A DNA stretch of 64,000 nt from Eledone cirrhosa. Taxonomy: Eukaryota. Where the stretch lies: NCBI GenBank assembly GCA_964016885.1, contig OZ024744.1, forward strand, positions 76,694,001 to 76,758,000, given 5' to 3'. The notes below the pieces were generated by a model. That model saw nothing but the letters and a program-made list of their open reading frames with translations. It was not told the DNA's origin and did not search any database. Below are positions 39,756 to 53,148 of the stretch, one piece after another (positions within the stretch are counted from its first letter, which is position 1; each line of letters begins with the position of its first letter). The position numbers and the translations under genes are program-made.

Positions 39756-41650
39756 TTATCTTTTCGTTTCCTGGAGATCGGGTTGTTCAATCTCCATTTG
39801 GGTGCTGGATGGGGTGTTGGGTGGGGTGGGGAAACATTTTAACAGGGCGTGGTTGATGGGTTTCTGGCAGGGGTTGCCCACGTGATGTGAAAATTTATTT
39901 TTCAGGTCATTATAGGTTTCCATAGAAACCCTTATAAGTTTAAGGTGTGGAGACGATTCTGCCTTGACGAAAGTTTTGCCCTCCGTCTCCACCTTGGGGT
40001 TTTGGGAGATGACCTCCATCAAACTCTTGTTGTTTGTGTTGATGTATGCGTATTGTTGTTTGTGTTTTTGTTGTGTTGTTTTAGTTTGTTGTTCGTCCGG
40101 GAGTTTTCTTTTTATGGTGGGTGCTTGTGTTTGGGGTGGTGTTGGTTTTGCTGGTTTTGCTGATAGGGGGATGTTTGACTGTGGTGTTGTTTGTGTTGTT
40201 GTTTGTGTCTGTGGTTGTGTTGGTGTTGGTAATTGGAGTTTTGGGGGGTTTTGTGGTGTCTCTTTTTTTGTTTTTTAGATTTCTGCAGCCCTCCCACTTC
40301 TTCACTTAAAGAAGAAGCAGCAGCGTCGATGAATAATCATCGTCAGGAGTGTGGGGTAGGGGTATGTTGTGTGGTGGTGTTGTTTCAGCGTGTGTGTTTG
40401 TGGTAGTGTTTGATGGAGTGGGATGGGGTGTTCTTCAGAGGTGTTGTCTCTGTTTTTTCTGTTGTTGTTGGTTGAGTGGCTGTTTGTTTTGGTGTGGTTG
40501 CTGGTTTTGTCTGTCGTTGTACTTGTGGCGGTGGTGGTGGGTTTTTTTGTGTTGGTGTTGGTAATAGTGTTTTTTTTTAATGATGTTGTTGTGGTGTGTT
40601 CTTGAAGGTCAGGAAGCTTTTAGGTGTGCTGTGTTACCACAGTGAAAGCAATGAAATTTTCGTCCTTCTACCGAAATGTTTATTTTGTTGTTGTCATCGA
40701 TGACGACTCTTTCGGGAATTTTGATGATTCTCTCCAGCCTCATTTGCAACAGAATCTCCAAATCAGTACCAGCCCACCTTTGTAGAATAGACTTTCGTAT
40801 CGAAAGTATCATATCAGTTTCTGGCTCTACGAAGCCAGCCAAGATCCACCAGATGTTAATGTTTGGTGGTATATTTTTAATTTTTATTTTTTGTGTCCTT
40901 TTTCCCATGTATGTAGGGAAAAAGGTGAATGATTTTGACACTATTGGTGTCACAGAATATTTTTGGAAGAGTGCCTCGCTTTTAAACAGTACGGAAACAC
41001 TTCCGTACTGTTTTCCTCGTTGGCAAAATTCTATATTTGCTAGAATTTCCTTCAAGGTATTTTCTATATCTCCTTGACTAACAAATATCGGCTTTTTCGT
41101 GATATTGGACATAGTCCTAAAGATCACTGTCCTTCGCACTGTGTCTTCTTTTATTTCAAGGGGTGAGTTAATTCTAAACCCACCCTTCTCTTCGAAAGTT
41201 ACAAATGTTTTCCCTTGCTGGAGCATATCTCTTGCATTGGAGATGTCAAGATTTATAAAATCTTATTTTTTGTTCACTGTTTCAGCGAAAGACATTTTTT
41301 TGTGTGTGGTGTTGCTGTTGTTGTTGTTGTTATCGTTGTTAGCCTCGGTGTTGGAAATCTCAGTTCCTTGACGAGGTGAAACTTTATGTGTAGATGTATC
41401 TGTGGAGTTGTTGATGTTTTTTTCATGTGTATGTATGTTAATGGGTTTAATTCCTGTGTTTTCATTTTTCTCGGCTTCGACGGTAGAAATTGTACAATCT
41501 TCAAGTGGCAATTTTTTTCCCTTTGTTGACAGTCGTATCTATAGTATGGCGACGTCCATAGTAGCAGAAGCAGATATAACGTTAAAATCTACCTCTTTCT
41601 CTCTCTTTTCTCTGTCGACGTTCTCCAGCGTTCTTGTCGTGTTATTCATG
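39756..41650 (-). pseudogene. Copy B ORF1 (gag-like, CCHC knuckle, T/N/K-rich low-complexity linker), fragmented
   Basis: KKMSFAETV; CFHCGNTAHLKAS; lies directly upstream of ORF2. Confidence 0.7.
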
Positions 41651-41857
41651 TTTTATAGTTGGCAAAATTTGATATTTTAAAACAATTTTTAAATTAAATT
41701 TTCACCCCTAAAGGGGCGAAAAATGGCATTACCACCCAGCTCACAATTCAGCTTGAGGGTTAATCTACAAAATAATATGTTTTTTCAAACAATTTGTTCT
41801 GTTTTTCGTATATAAGTTTACAAAAAACCTTACCGGTGATGTTCCACGCGTCAGGCA

Positions 41858-41977
<120 letters not shown>

Positions 41978-42530
41978 TGTTTCTTTATTAGCCACAGGGG
42001 CACAAAAGAAGGGGACAAATACAAAGGGGAAAGTTTACATACAATAAAAACGTGTAAAATACTATCACAAATGCAATTTAAAAATTAATCGATTTTCCAC
42101 AATAGGGGAGACATTTCATATGGGTAACACATACCCCCGAAAAAATGTGCAACCCTCATCTCCAGGAGTACGAAGAGTTTGTACTCCTTTCCTCTCTTCC
42201 TCTTTTTCCTCAGCCTACAGGCTTATATAGAGAGAAGGCCCATTCACTCGGGCCATTCTCACCCACCTTTCATAAAAGTGGCTGGGGTACAGCACCTCTC
42301 TCTCCATCGTGATTCTTCTTCCAAAGTGGTATTTGAAAAAAAGAATCAGTTGTTGGCCGGAGAGAAAGGTGTCTGACCTCAGCCCTTTCAACCTCGTCCA
42401 CCATACAACCTCTTTCGCCATAGCTATCACAAAGGAAGGGTGGCGGTTTGATCATGACAATGGACTCGGTGGTCAACCGGATTGGTTCCACCCGCGACAA
42501 TAGTCGTTCTACATAGCCCCACAGATCGGT
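41978..42530 (-). mobile_element. Tx1/L1-clade LINE copy C (short 3' fragment)
   Basis: AMAKEVVWWTRLKGLRSD...ISL; bounded by GATA repeats. Confidence 0.9.
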
Positions 42531-42543
42531 GATAGATAGATAA

Positions 42544-44050
42544 GTTTCTTTTATTTGCCACTAGGGCATCAAAAGTGGGACAAGTACAAAGGGGGGAGTT
42601 TACACAAAAAGGCGTCCTCAATAAGGAGGAGGCAATAACAAAATATAAAAATAAAATAAGATATAACAAAAAATAAAATTTTTAACAAAATCCTCAATAG
42701 AGAGGAGGCGCCTTGGGGGGTCGCACACACCCCCGAAAAAAGTGTGCAACCCTTTTCCTCAGGAGCACAGAGAAGGGGTGCTCCCTCGTTCCTTCCTCTT
42801 TTCCACCTACAGGCTTATGTAAAGAGAAGGCCCATTCACACGGGCCATTCTCGCCACTTTCACCCACCTTTCATAAAAACGACTGGGGTGCAGCACCTCT
42901 CTCTCCATCCTGATCCTTCTTCCGAAATGATATCGGAAGAAACGGACCAGTTGTTGGCCAGAGAGAAAGGTGCCTGACCTCAGTCCTTTCAGACGCGTCC
43001 ACCATACAACCTCTTTCGCCATGGCTATTACGCACAGAAACACCGCCTCTCCTTCATCTTTGAAGGGGGGAGGCGGCTTGATCATTACAATAGACTCGGT
43101 GGTCAACCGGATCGGTCCCACCCTTGACAGCAGTTGTTCGACATAGCCCCACAGATCGGCTACGCCCGAGCAGTGTACCAATGCGTGTGCAACGGTTTCC
43201 TCGTCGCACACGCATCTGGGACAGATCTTTTTGGCGGGGTCCCTACCCGGGCGCCCGTGTCTGTAGAGCCTTTCTCGAACGGGTAAAGCCCCTCGGTAGC
43301 ACTGCCAGGCCAGGGACTTCTGGAAGTTGTCCATAGGTCCCGGGCTGAATGTCCTACCGAACAGGCCGGCCAGTTCGTCCTCCTCCATGTCTAGGGCTTC
43401 TCCGAGGGCGTCGTCGCACCTGCTGCGTACCAGCCCTCTATAGAATGTTGCGGTGGAGTCTCCACTGATAACCGGATCCGCCTGCCAGAGGGCGGTGAGC
43501 ACCTGGGCACACTCAGTGTGCCAGGCGCCCAGTTTTCTCGGTCTTTGCTTGACCCAGGATTGCAGCTCGGTGAGTGAGACGAGTCTGGGAAAGGTTCGTC
43601 TCACAAACGAGGCCCACACCGGTTGTCCGGTGAGGAATACGTAGAGGTGCCGTAGCCTTAATGCGTGTTTACGCATCATTAGCCACGGCATCCCCAGCCC
43701 TCCTTTCGAAGGGTGTTGACAGCAGGTGGATCTCCTCACCATAGGAGCCCGCCCCTTCCAAAGGAATTGGAAGAGCGCGCGCTCCATCTTGGTGAGGGTT
43801 TCCCTTGGGCAGGGCACTACGGTCAGGCGGTAGTAGATGACGGACGCTATATAAGTGTTCGCCACCTCCGCCCGACCTTTCAGGGATAGTTTGCAACTGG
43901 CCCACTTCTGGGTCAGTGCAAACACCCTGTTCGTAACCTCCGCCCAGTTTTTCTCCACCTGGAGGTCCGGTCCGAACCAGACCCCGAGCAACTTCACCGG
44001 GCCCTCCGTCCAGCGTCCGACGACGCCATCGGAGGGCATCGGTCTGCCCC
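42544..44050 (-). mobile_element. Tx1/L1-clade LINE copy D (3' fragment, very similar to copy A)
   Basis: Open frame GRPMPSDGVV...SLYISL; the 5' junction runs directly into (GATA)n at 44051-44122. Confidence 0.95.
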
Positions 44051-44054
44051 AGAC

Positions 44055-44122
<68 letters not shown>

Positions 44123-44123
<1 letters not shown>

Positions 44124-44507
44124 TATTTCTTTATTAGCCACAGGGGCACAAAAGAAGGGGACAAATACAAAGGGGGAAGTTTACATACAATAAAAACGTG
44201 TAAAATATTATCACAGATGGAATTTAAAAGTTAGTCGATTTTCCCCAATAGAGGGAGACAGTTTATATGGGTAACACATACCCCCGAAAAAAAATGTGCA
44301 ACCCTCATCTCCAGGAGTACGAAGAGCTTGTACTCCTTTCCTCTCCTCCTCCTTTTCCTCAATCTACAGGCTGATATAGAGAGAAGGCCCATTCACTCGG
44401 GCCATTCTCGCCACTTTCACCCACCTTTCATAAAACTTGCTGGGGTACAGCACCTCTCTCTCCATCCTGATTCTTCTTCCAAAGTGGTATTTGAAAAAAA
44501 GAATCAG
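44123..44507 (-). mobile_element. Tx1/L1-clade LINE copy E (3' fragment, similar to copy C)
   Basis: FFKYHFGRRIRMERE...ISL; (GATA)n at 44506-44582. Confidence 0.9.
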
Positions 44508-44511
44508 ATAA

Positions 44512-44582
<71 letters not shown>

Positions 44583-44616
44583 TGAGAAAAACCACAGGCC
44601 CTCCATCTCAACTCTA

Positions 44617-44652
44617 CTTTTGAAAAGCAGAAGAACTGCGAAACCGGTAAAG
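44617..44652 (+). ncRNA. Minimal type-I hammerhead ribozyme, U3-A8 variant (cleanest example)
   Basis: CTT-TTGAAAA-GCAG aagaa CTGC-GAAA-CCGG-TA-AAG. Confidence 0.75.
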
Positions 44653-44763
44653 GAACCAAATAAATATATATATATTTTAAAAAATAAGACTCCAGTTGCA
44701 TTTTCGATTTCATCTTTTTTTTCTTTATATATATATATATATATATACATATCCATACATATC

Positions 44764-44845
<82 letters not shown>

Positions 44846-45316
44846 TACACATATATATACACATATAACAGAAATATGATTCATTCATAAAGTTTCTTGC
44901 GTTTCTTGTATAATCACTTCAATGAGTCTTTTCACTTTACTGTTTTACTGTTTGTTCAAAGAATGAAAAGATGAAAAAGAACAATTTGAAATCCTGTTTT
45001 CCAGTTCATTCTTTCAAACTATGTCAACCATAATTTCCTCGTTACACATGAAGGAAACAGTCCTTAAAACATCCTGGGTGGTCATGATGGTTAATGGTTA
45101 AGTTGAATGAAGAAATCTAACGATTTTTGGGGGGGATGTGTGTGGATGAGGACGGGGTGAGATGTGGGATGATGGAGGGGTTATGAATTCAAAACACATT
45201 AGTTTTAGAATTTGCAAAAAAAGTAAATTATAAATATGTGTATAATTATATATATATATATGTGTGTGTTATGTGTGTGTGTGTGTTTTATATATATAAC
45301 AATATATATCATATGA

Positions 45317-45418
<102 letters not shown>

Positions 45419-45586
45419 ACTCTGGGAGGGTCATGCCGCCAACAAATTCGAAAACGAAATATATGTATATATATATATATATATATATAATATAATATAT
45501 ACATGTATATATAATATAATGTATACATGTATATATATATATACATGTATATATTATATTATATATGTATATATATATATGTATAC

Positions 45587-45754
<168 letters not shown>

Positions 45755-46031
45755 GCATATAATATGTGTGTGTAAACAAAAACAATAAAAATAAAAAAAA
45801 CACCATCTGTAGAAATAAGTACCATACAAGATGGCATAACCGTTTCCTAACAGCAGGCAACTATAAGATGAGAGTCCTTCTTTTCGGAAGCAATTTGAGA
45901 CCAATAAGAATTTCAGAATGGTTAATGCTTATATAGTAGGAGATGCCATGTTCAATTAAGACTACTGAAAATTATATTCAGATTTTATCATATGTAGTAG
46001 GGATTCGCTTGGTAGAGTGTTATTAGAAGAT

Positions 46032-46560
46032 AAGGCGGTGGATTGGCAGTATCGGTAGAGGGCCGGACGCCTTGTTTTGAAGCATAGAGTTACCTCCCTT
46101 TATGATCTGAGTTCAAATCCCGCCGAGGTTAACTTTGCCTTTCATCCTTAAGGAGTCGATAAAATAAAGTACCAGTAATGCACTGGGTATTTGCTGGCCT
46201 TGTGCCAAAAGTAGAAACAATTAATATTATTAGATAAAATAACGGCCCTTGCCATTCTGAGTTCAAATCCCGCCGAGGTTAACTTTGCCTTTCATCCTTA
46301 CGGAGTCGATAAAATAAAGTACCAGTAATGTACTGGGTAATTTTCTGGCCTTGTGCCAATAGTAGAAACAATTATTAGATAAAATAAAGTACCAGTAATG
46401 TACTGGGTAGTTGCTGGCCTTGTGCCAAAAGTAGAAACAGTTATTAGAAGGTAATAATTGTTTCTACCTTTGGCACAAGGCCAGCAATTACCCAGTACAT
46501 TACTGGTACTTTATTTTATCGACCCCGTAAGGATGAAAGGCAAAGTTAACCTCGGCGGAA
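46032..46560. mobile_element. Cluster of family 1 SINEs: three + copies (progressively 5'-truncated) and one - copy tail-to-tail
   Basis: 46032-46225, 46240-46375, 46378-46445 (+); 46452-46560 (-). Confidence 0.9.
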
Positions 46561-46587
46561 TAATCTGACCAGTTTGGTTCATGTAAT

Positions 46588-46663
46588 TATCATCATCATC
46601 ACCAACATCATTATTATTGTCGTCGTCGTCGTCGTCGTCGTCGTCATCATCGTCATCGCCATT

Positions 46664-46700
<37 letters not shown>

Positions 46701-46749
46701 CTGTCGTTGTCATCGTCGACGTCATCATCATCATCGTCATCACCATCAC

Positions 46750-46787
<38 letters not shown>

Positions 46788-46910
46788 CCATCACCATTAC
46801 CATCACCATCTTCATCATCATCACCATCACCATCACCACCACCACCACAACTACCACCATCACCATCATCATCACCATCACCATTACCATCACCATCTTC
46901 ATCGTCCACG

Positions 46911-46943
<33 letters not shown>

Positions 46944-47080
46944 ACATCATCATCATCATCATCATCATCAACATCATCATCAACATCATCATGATCATCA
47001 TCACCATCACCATCTTCATCATCATCGTCATCATCATCATCGTCATCATCATCATCACCATCACCGTCATCGTCGCCGTC
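46588..47080. repeat. (CAT)n/(CAC)n/(CGT)n compound microsatellite
   Basis: Seen directly. Confidence 0.95.
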
Positions 47081-47144
47081 GTTTTAACGTCCACCCCCCC
47101 CCCCCTCCCCCTGCTAACACGCGTCCTTCTCCAATATTACTACA

Positions 47145-47440
47145 GACATGGCTGAGTGGTTATAGAATTCGGCTCACATTCGTAAGGTCGTGAGTTCGAT
47201 TCACGGCGGCGTGTTGTGTCCTTGAGCAAGACACTTTATTTCATGTTGCTTCAGTTTAACTCAGCTGCCCCCCCCCCCCAAAAAAAAATTAGTTGTACCC
47301 GTAATTCGAAGGGGTAGCCTTCCTTGTTACATTCTATGCCACATTGAATCTCCCTGAGAATTACAATCACGCTGAATCTCCCTGAGAACTACGTTAAAAA
47401 TACTCTAGTCTGTAGAATGCTCAGCTACTTACTGTATAAT
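47145..47440 (+). mobile_element. tRNA-derived SINE, family 2
   Basis: A box TGGCTGAGTGG, B box GAGTTCGATTC, then GTGTCCTTGAGCAAGACACTTTA. Confidence 0.8.
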
Positions 47441-47450
47441 TTCGTAATTC

Positions 47451-47496
<46 letters not shown>

Positions 47497-47987
47497 ATTC
47501 TCTCTCCCCTCTCCTCCCTCACTCATTCTCTTCCCCCACCTCTCTCTCTATCTCTATCTATCTCTATCGCTATCTCCCACCTACTCCACACTCTCTCTTA
47601 GAATGTATATTGTCTGTCTTTCATAAAAAGAAATATACATATATGTGAGTGTATATAGTGTATATATATAATTAAAATTATATACACTATATATAATTAA
47701 AATTATATATATATGGTGGACAGACTTCCATATTCTTTTCTATCTTTTTTTTATTGTTTTTTTAATTGTTTTTTGCTGCTATATTTTTCAGTGCTTTTTT
47801 TGCAAACAAATGAGTACAAATGACCTGAGGTCACTTCCATCAAAAACCATCTCATTAATGGAAATCTTCAAATCATATGTATATGTGTGATTGAATTACG
47901 TTCGATATACATAAATACTTACTTACATGCTTACATACATACATATACATACATACATACGTACATACATATATGCATACATACATA

Positions 47988-48557
47988 GTGGCTGCCAACT
48001 CGTTTTCGAGTACGGCCACTACTTTATATCCATGTAGGAGAACCCTCACTGATGCGCTGAACGAGTGTGACATTTTAGTCCAGCCAGCGACTTGAAAACT
48101 CTGGTACAAACACTACACTTGTGACAATTATTGACACATAGTGCTGGGCCCATGGTACCATGTGACGACAAGGGCAGAGAGATCTCCATATATAAAGCAA
48201 TGCCTGTGCCGTGAAGCTTTTATAGTGAGCAAAGGCACTGCACAAAGCCAGTCCCACTATCTTAACCAAGATGATACTTACCAAAAAGAAGAACAAGTCA
48301 ACATCATTGGATACCATCAGGGTTGCAGGTGTTATATCAGAGTTTTCCTTCTCCTAGAATTCTGCCTTGACAAAGGCTAAGGGATCATCTCTCCCGGTGA
48401 TTTTGGATGGCAATTGACTCTTTGCCCTTTGACAGGTTTTGTTTTTAGTCCTGCAGGATGTCCAAAGTCAACCTCTTCACCAAGAAACCTTGGTGGAGTT
48501 GCCAGTTTAGTCGCCAACGACCCGACCATGAGACAGGTTGTACTGGGATACATGTTA
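47988..48557 (-). mobile_element. Bipartite non-autonomous RTE element (5' UTR fused to the 3' end)
   Basis: The 5' part matches 1210-1690. The 3' part encodes HKCSVCTRVFKSLAGLKCHTRSAHQ* (RTE-type terminal C2H2 finger). (TATG)n tail. Confidence 0.75.
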
Positions 48558-48840
48558 AATACATACGTACATACATACATACATACATACATACATACAT
48601 ACATACATACATACATACATACATACATACGTATATACATACATATATACATACATACATACTTACATACATGCATACTTACATACATACTTACATACGT
48701 ACATACATACATGCATACATACACACACATACATGCATATACATATATACATACATACGTACATACATATATACATACATATACATACATACATATATGC
48801 ATACATACTTACATACATACATACATACATACTTACATAT

Positions 48841-49433
48841 GGTGGCTGCCAACTCGTTTTCGAGTACGGCCACTACTTTATATCCATGTAGGAGAACCCC
48901 TACCGATGCGCTGAACGAGTGTGACTTTTTAGTCCAGCCAGCGACTTGAAAACTCTGATACAAACACTACACTTGTGACAATTATTGACACATAGTGTTT
49001 TGCCTTTGGTACCATGTGACGACAAGTGCAGAGAGATCTCCAGATATAAAGCAATGCCTGTGCCGTGAAGCTTTTATAGTGAGCAAAGGCACTGCACAAA
49101 GCCAGTCCCACTCTCTTAACGAAGATGATATTTACCAAAAAGAAGAACAAGTCAACATCATTGGATACCATCAGGGTTGCAGGTGTTATATCAGAGTTTT
49201 CCTTCTCCTAGAATTCTGCCTTGACAAAGGCTAAGGGGTCATCTCTCCCAGTGATTTTGGATGGCCATTGACTCTTAAGAGCTCCTTTGTCCTTTGACAG
49301 GTTTTGTTTTTAGTCCTGCAGGATGTCCAAAGTCACCCTCCTCACCAAGAAACCTTGGTGGGGTTGCCAGTTTAGTCGCCAACGACCCGACCATGAGACA
49401 GGTTGTACTGGGATACATGTTACCAGTAGCACC
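48841..49433 (-). mobile_element. Bipartite non-autonomous RTE element, second copy
   Basis: Highly similar to 47988-48557; flanked by (TACA)n. Confidence 0.75.
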
Positions 49434-49588
49434 ATACATACATACGTACATACAAACATATACATACATACATATACATATATACATACATACGTACATA
49501 CATACATGTATACATACATACTTACATACATACATGCATACATACATATACATACATATATACATACATACTTACATACATACATACA

Positions 49589-51783
49589 CCAGGAAGAGAC
49601 ATGATTGTCGGCTACTGGTACAAAAAACTGATATTCTATTGGAGGTATCTTACTGACCTCTACCAACAAGTTCTTAAGGGAGATACACTTATACCAGAAT
49701 GGTTGACATTAGCACAAACATTACTGGTCCCCAAGAACAAAGACACCCACTTGGCAAAAAACTACCGACCCATTGCATGCCAGAACCTGATGTATAAGAT
49801 GTATACAGCCTGCCTGAACCTATTCCTCCAAGATCATTGTGAAAATAATAACATCATCACAGATGAACAAGCAGCTGGAAAGAAAGGGGTTTGGGATGTG
49901 CTGAACAACTCCTAATCAACAAAACTGCGATATCGGAGGTGCGACAACTTAGGAGGAATATGGCTACAGTCTGGCTGGACTACAGGAAAGCTTTTGATTC
50001 TGTTCCCCACTCTTGGGTGGTAGAGGCCCTCCAACTTTCTAAAGTCCCAGACATTATTGTCAGAGCCATAGAGAAGCTGTCTTCTTCTTGAGCTACTATC
50101 CTAAGGTTAAAAACAGAGAAGGAGGACTCTATTTTCACTGATAAAATAAAATATTGCAGGGGTATATTTCAGGGAGACAGTCTCTCTGTGATATTATTCA
50201 TCCTGTCATTAAACCCCTTGTCCTTTCTGCTCAAGAAAGGTGTAGGATACATCATTGGCTCACAGGAGGACAGAAATACGAACCTAACCCATAATTTCTT
50301 TGTGGACGATCTGAAACTCTATGCCAAGACCATGGATGGGATGAAGAAAAATCTTGGCCTAGTTACAACATTCTCAAAGGATACAGGAATGGAGTTTGGC
50401 CAAGATAAATGCTCATACATGACTGTAAAGCGGGGAAAAACAACAACCCAATCTAGGAACATTATCATCAATGGCCTAACTGTTTCACCAATACCTGATG
50501 AGGACTGCTACAGATACCTGGGGATAGATGAGAACATATCCTATAATGGTATCTGTAATAAGGAACGCGTAACCAGGGAATACTATACCCGATTAAGAAA
50601 GATTTGGTCATCAGAACTCTCTGCGCAAAACAAAACAGTGGCTCACAATGTGTTTGCTGTGCCTGTCCTAACACCAACGTTTGGAATACTCAATTGGACG
50701 ATAGACGAAATCCGAACAGTTGATGTTGGAACTCGAAAAATACTGAACAACACCGGAAACTTCCACATCAACAGTGACATAGACCGCCTTTACTTGAAAC
50801 GTAAGCAGGGGGCAGACGCGTAACATCAGTCCAGACAACATTTGAATGTCGCATCATATCCCTCCGACAACATCTACAAACCCCGAAGCGTAGGAGCCCG
50901 TTTCTCGAGCAAGTCTATCTGCATGAAACAGATAAGATCATGAGAGTTGGGAAGGAACTCCTCGAAAGATATTCCCTGTTTGATAATCAAAATCTCACAC
51001 CCAGGGATGTCGCTCAGCAGTATCGCAGTGAAGTCATGGATGAAAAACTGCATGCATGGATATGTTGCCAGGAAGCTCCAGAGTGAGCGGAATATAGATA
51101 AGGAAAGTAGTCTATCTTGGGCCAACAACCGCTATATTGGCTCCCACTTTGAAGGATACGCTTTTGCAATCCAAGAACAGGAGATTAGCACGAAATACCT
51201 GATCACAAAAGAGATAGGGATGCAGGCAAAACACCTAGATGTGATAACAAGTGCAGACTCTGTAGAATTAACATCAAAGATGTCACCCATGGCATTAACA
51301 GCTGCCCAAAGATGTCATCGCGGTACTATCTATCTATGAGGCATGATGTAGTGGCCAAAACACTGTACAATGCAATCTATAAAAAAGATAGCCCCAATAA
51401 TAAACACATTAAAAGCTACAGCAATGTGGAAGACATCCATATACATAATATGAAAGAGTACTGGTGGAATGTTCTACTAAAACACCCAATAAAATGCAGG
51501 CATAACAGGGCAGATATTATGATATGGGACAGGGAAATGAAAGCATGCGCAGTAGTGGAAGTTAGCTGATCAGCAGATGCCAATATAATATCAAACATTA
51601 GCGAAAAGGAGAATATTTATGCTGAACTAATGAGAAATCTGCAGATATTCCACCCTGATTACACCTTCAGATTTATGCCTGTGATTATTGGGGCACTGGG
51701 ATATGTTAGTAACTGCCTCAATATAAATATTGAGAAGCAATGCTTCACAGGAACAGAAAGGACACAACTAGTTAGGAACTGTC
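49589..51783 (+). pseudogene. R4/Dong-like non-LTR retrotransposon (RT + CCHC + restriction-like endonuclease), 5'-truncated and frameshifted
   Basis: PGRDMI, NYRPIAC, LDYRKAFDSVPHSW, GIFQGDSLS, FFVDDLKLY, YRYLG, CRLC...H...C, MRHDVVAK, HNRADIMIWD...VVEVS. Confidence 0.85.
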
Positions 51784-52133
51784 TGTACAAGTGTATATGC
51801 AGTTATTAGATGCAAAATTTATGGAATGTTTTACATATTTTTGCTGTTCCATTAATGGATTGTACTTGACATTTTCTAACTAGTTGTGTTCTTTCTGTTC
51901 CTGTGAAGCCCAGCTTCTCAAGATTTGTATTGAGGCAGTTACTAACATATCCCAGTGCCCCAATAATCACAGGCATAAATCTAAAGATGTAATCAGGGTG
52001 GTGTATCTGCAGATTTCTCATCAGTTCTGCATAGATATTCTCCTTTTCGCTAATCTTTGATATTATATTGGCATCTGCTGGGCAGCTAACTTCCACTACT
52101 GTGCATGCTTTCATTTCCCTGTCCCATATCATA
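51784..52133 (-). mobile_element. Inverted second copy of the R4-like 3' region
   Basis: MIWDREMKACTVVEVSCPAD...KICKTFHKFCI*; reverse complement of ~51517-51783 with substitutions. Confidence 0.85.
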
Positions 52134-52895
52134 AAACAAAGAATATACACATGCACATGCACACATACAACTCAAAACATACACATCTACACATACAATA
52201 ACATCCATATCTACACATGCAGACATACATACATATCTACCTAGTTGATGTTGTGTAAATTCCAATGAGAGAGTCTTGTGTCTGTTAGAAACCGACTCTC
52301 TCTCTAGTGGTAAAACTTTGTGAAATTATAAAACCAGAAGAACATACATACATATACATATATACATACATATGCATACATATGCACATACATACATATG
52401 CATACATATGCATACATATGCACATACATACATGCATACATACATATTTACATACATACATGCATATACACACATACATATATACTTACATACATGCATA
52501 TACATATATACATACACATATACACATACATACATAGATACATATATACATGCATACAAACATACAAACATACAAACATACAAACATACATACATACATG
52601 CACAAATTCACATATGTACTGAATCGCACAAGCATATATATGTATATATTTTTTAACTGTGGTCTCCACCCCCACCTAAAGCAACTCAGGAATCTACATA
52701 TATACAGTATATGTATGTGTATGTGTGTGTGCTTTGTGTATATATACATATATACATATATACATATATACATACATATATATATAAAAATATATATATA
52801 TAATTATATATGTAAAAGTTGTTGGGATACAACAAGCAAATATTTTTATAACTGATATAATTATATATAATTATATATATATATATATGTATATA

Positions 52896-53029
<134 letters not shown>

Positions 53030-53090
53030 TGCGTATATATATATTATGGAATGCTGTTGGCTTCTTGCTACAATAATTTCTATACTTTTC

Positions 53091-53148
<58 letters not shown>

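Larger units (their letters stand above)
36705..41857 (-). mobile_element. Tx1/L1-clade LINE copy B, near full length and decayed (ORF1 plus ORF2)
   Basis: ORF1 fragments with a zinc knuckle; ORF2 starts MASLRVGSVNVRGL at 39714; (GATA)n on both sides. Confidence 0.9.

Noticed and set aside
42807-44141. 444-aa ORF beginning [13 protein letters not shown]
   Set aside because: Not a real gene start: a chance in-frame read through the tail of copy E and (TATC)n into truncated copy D.
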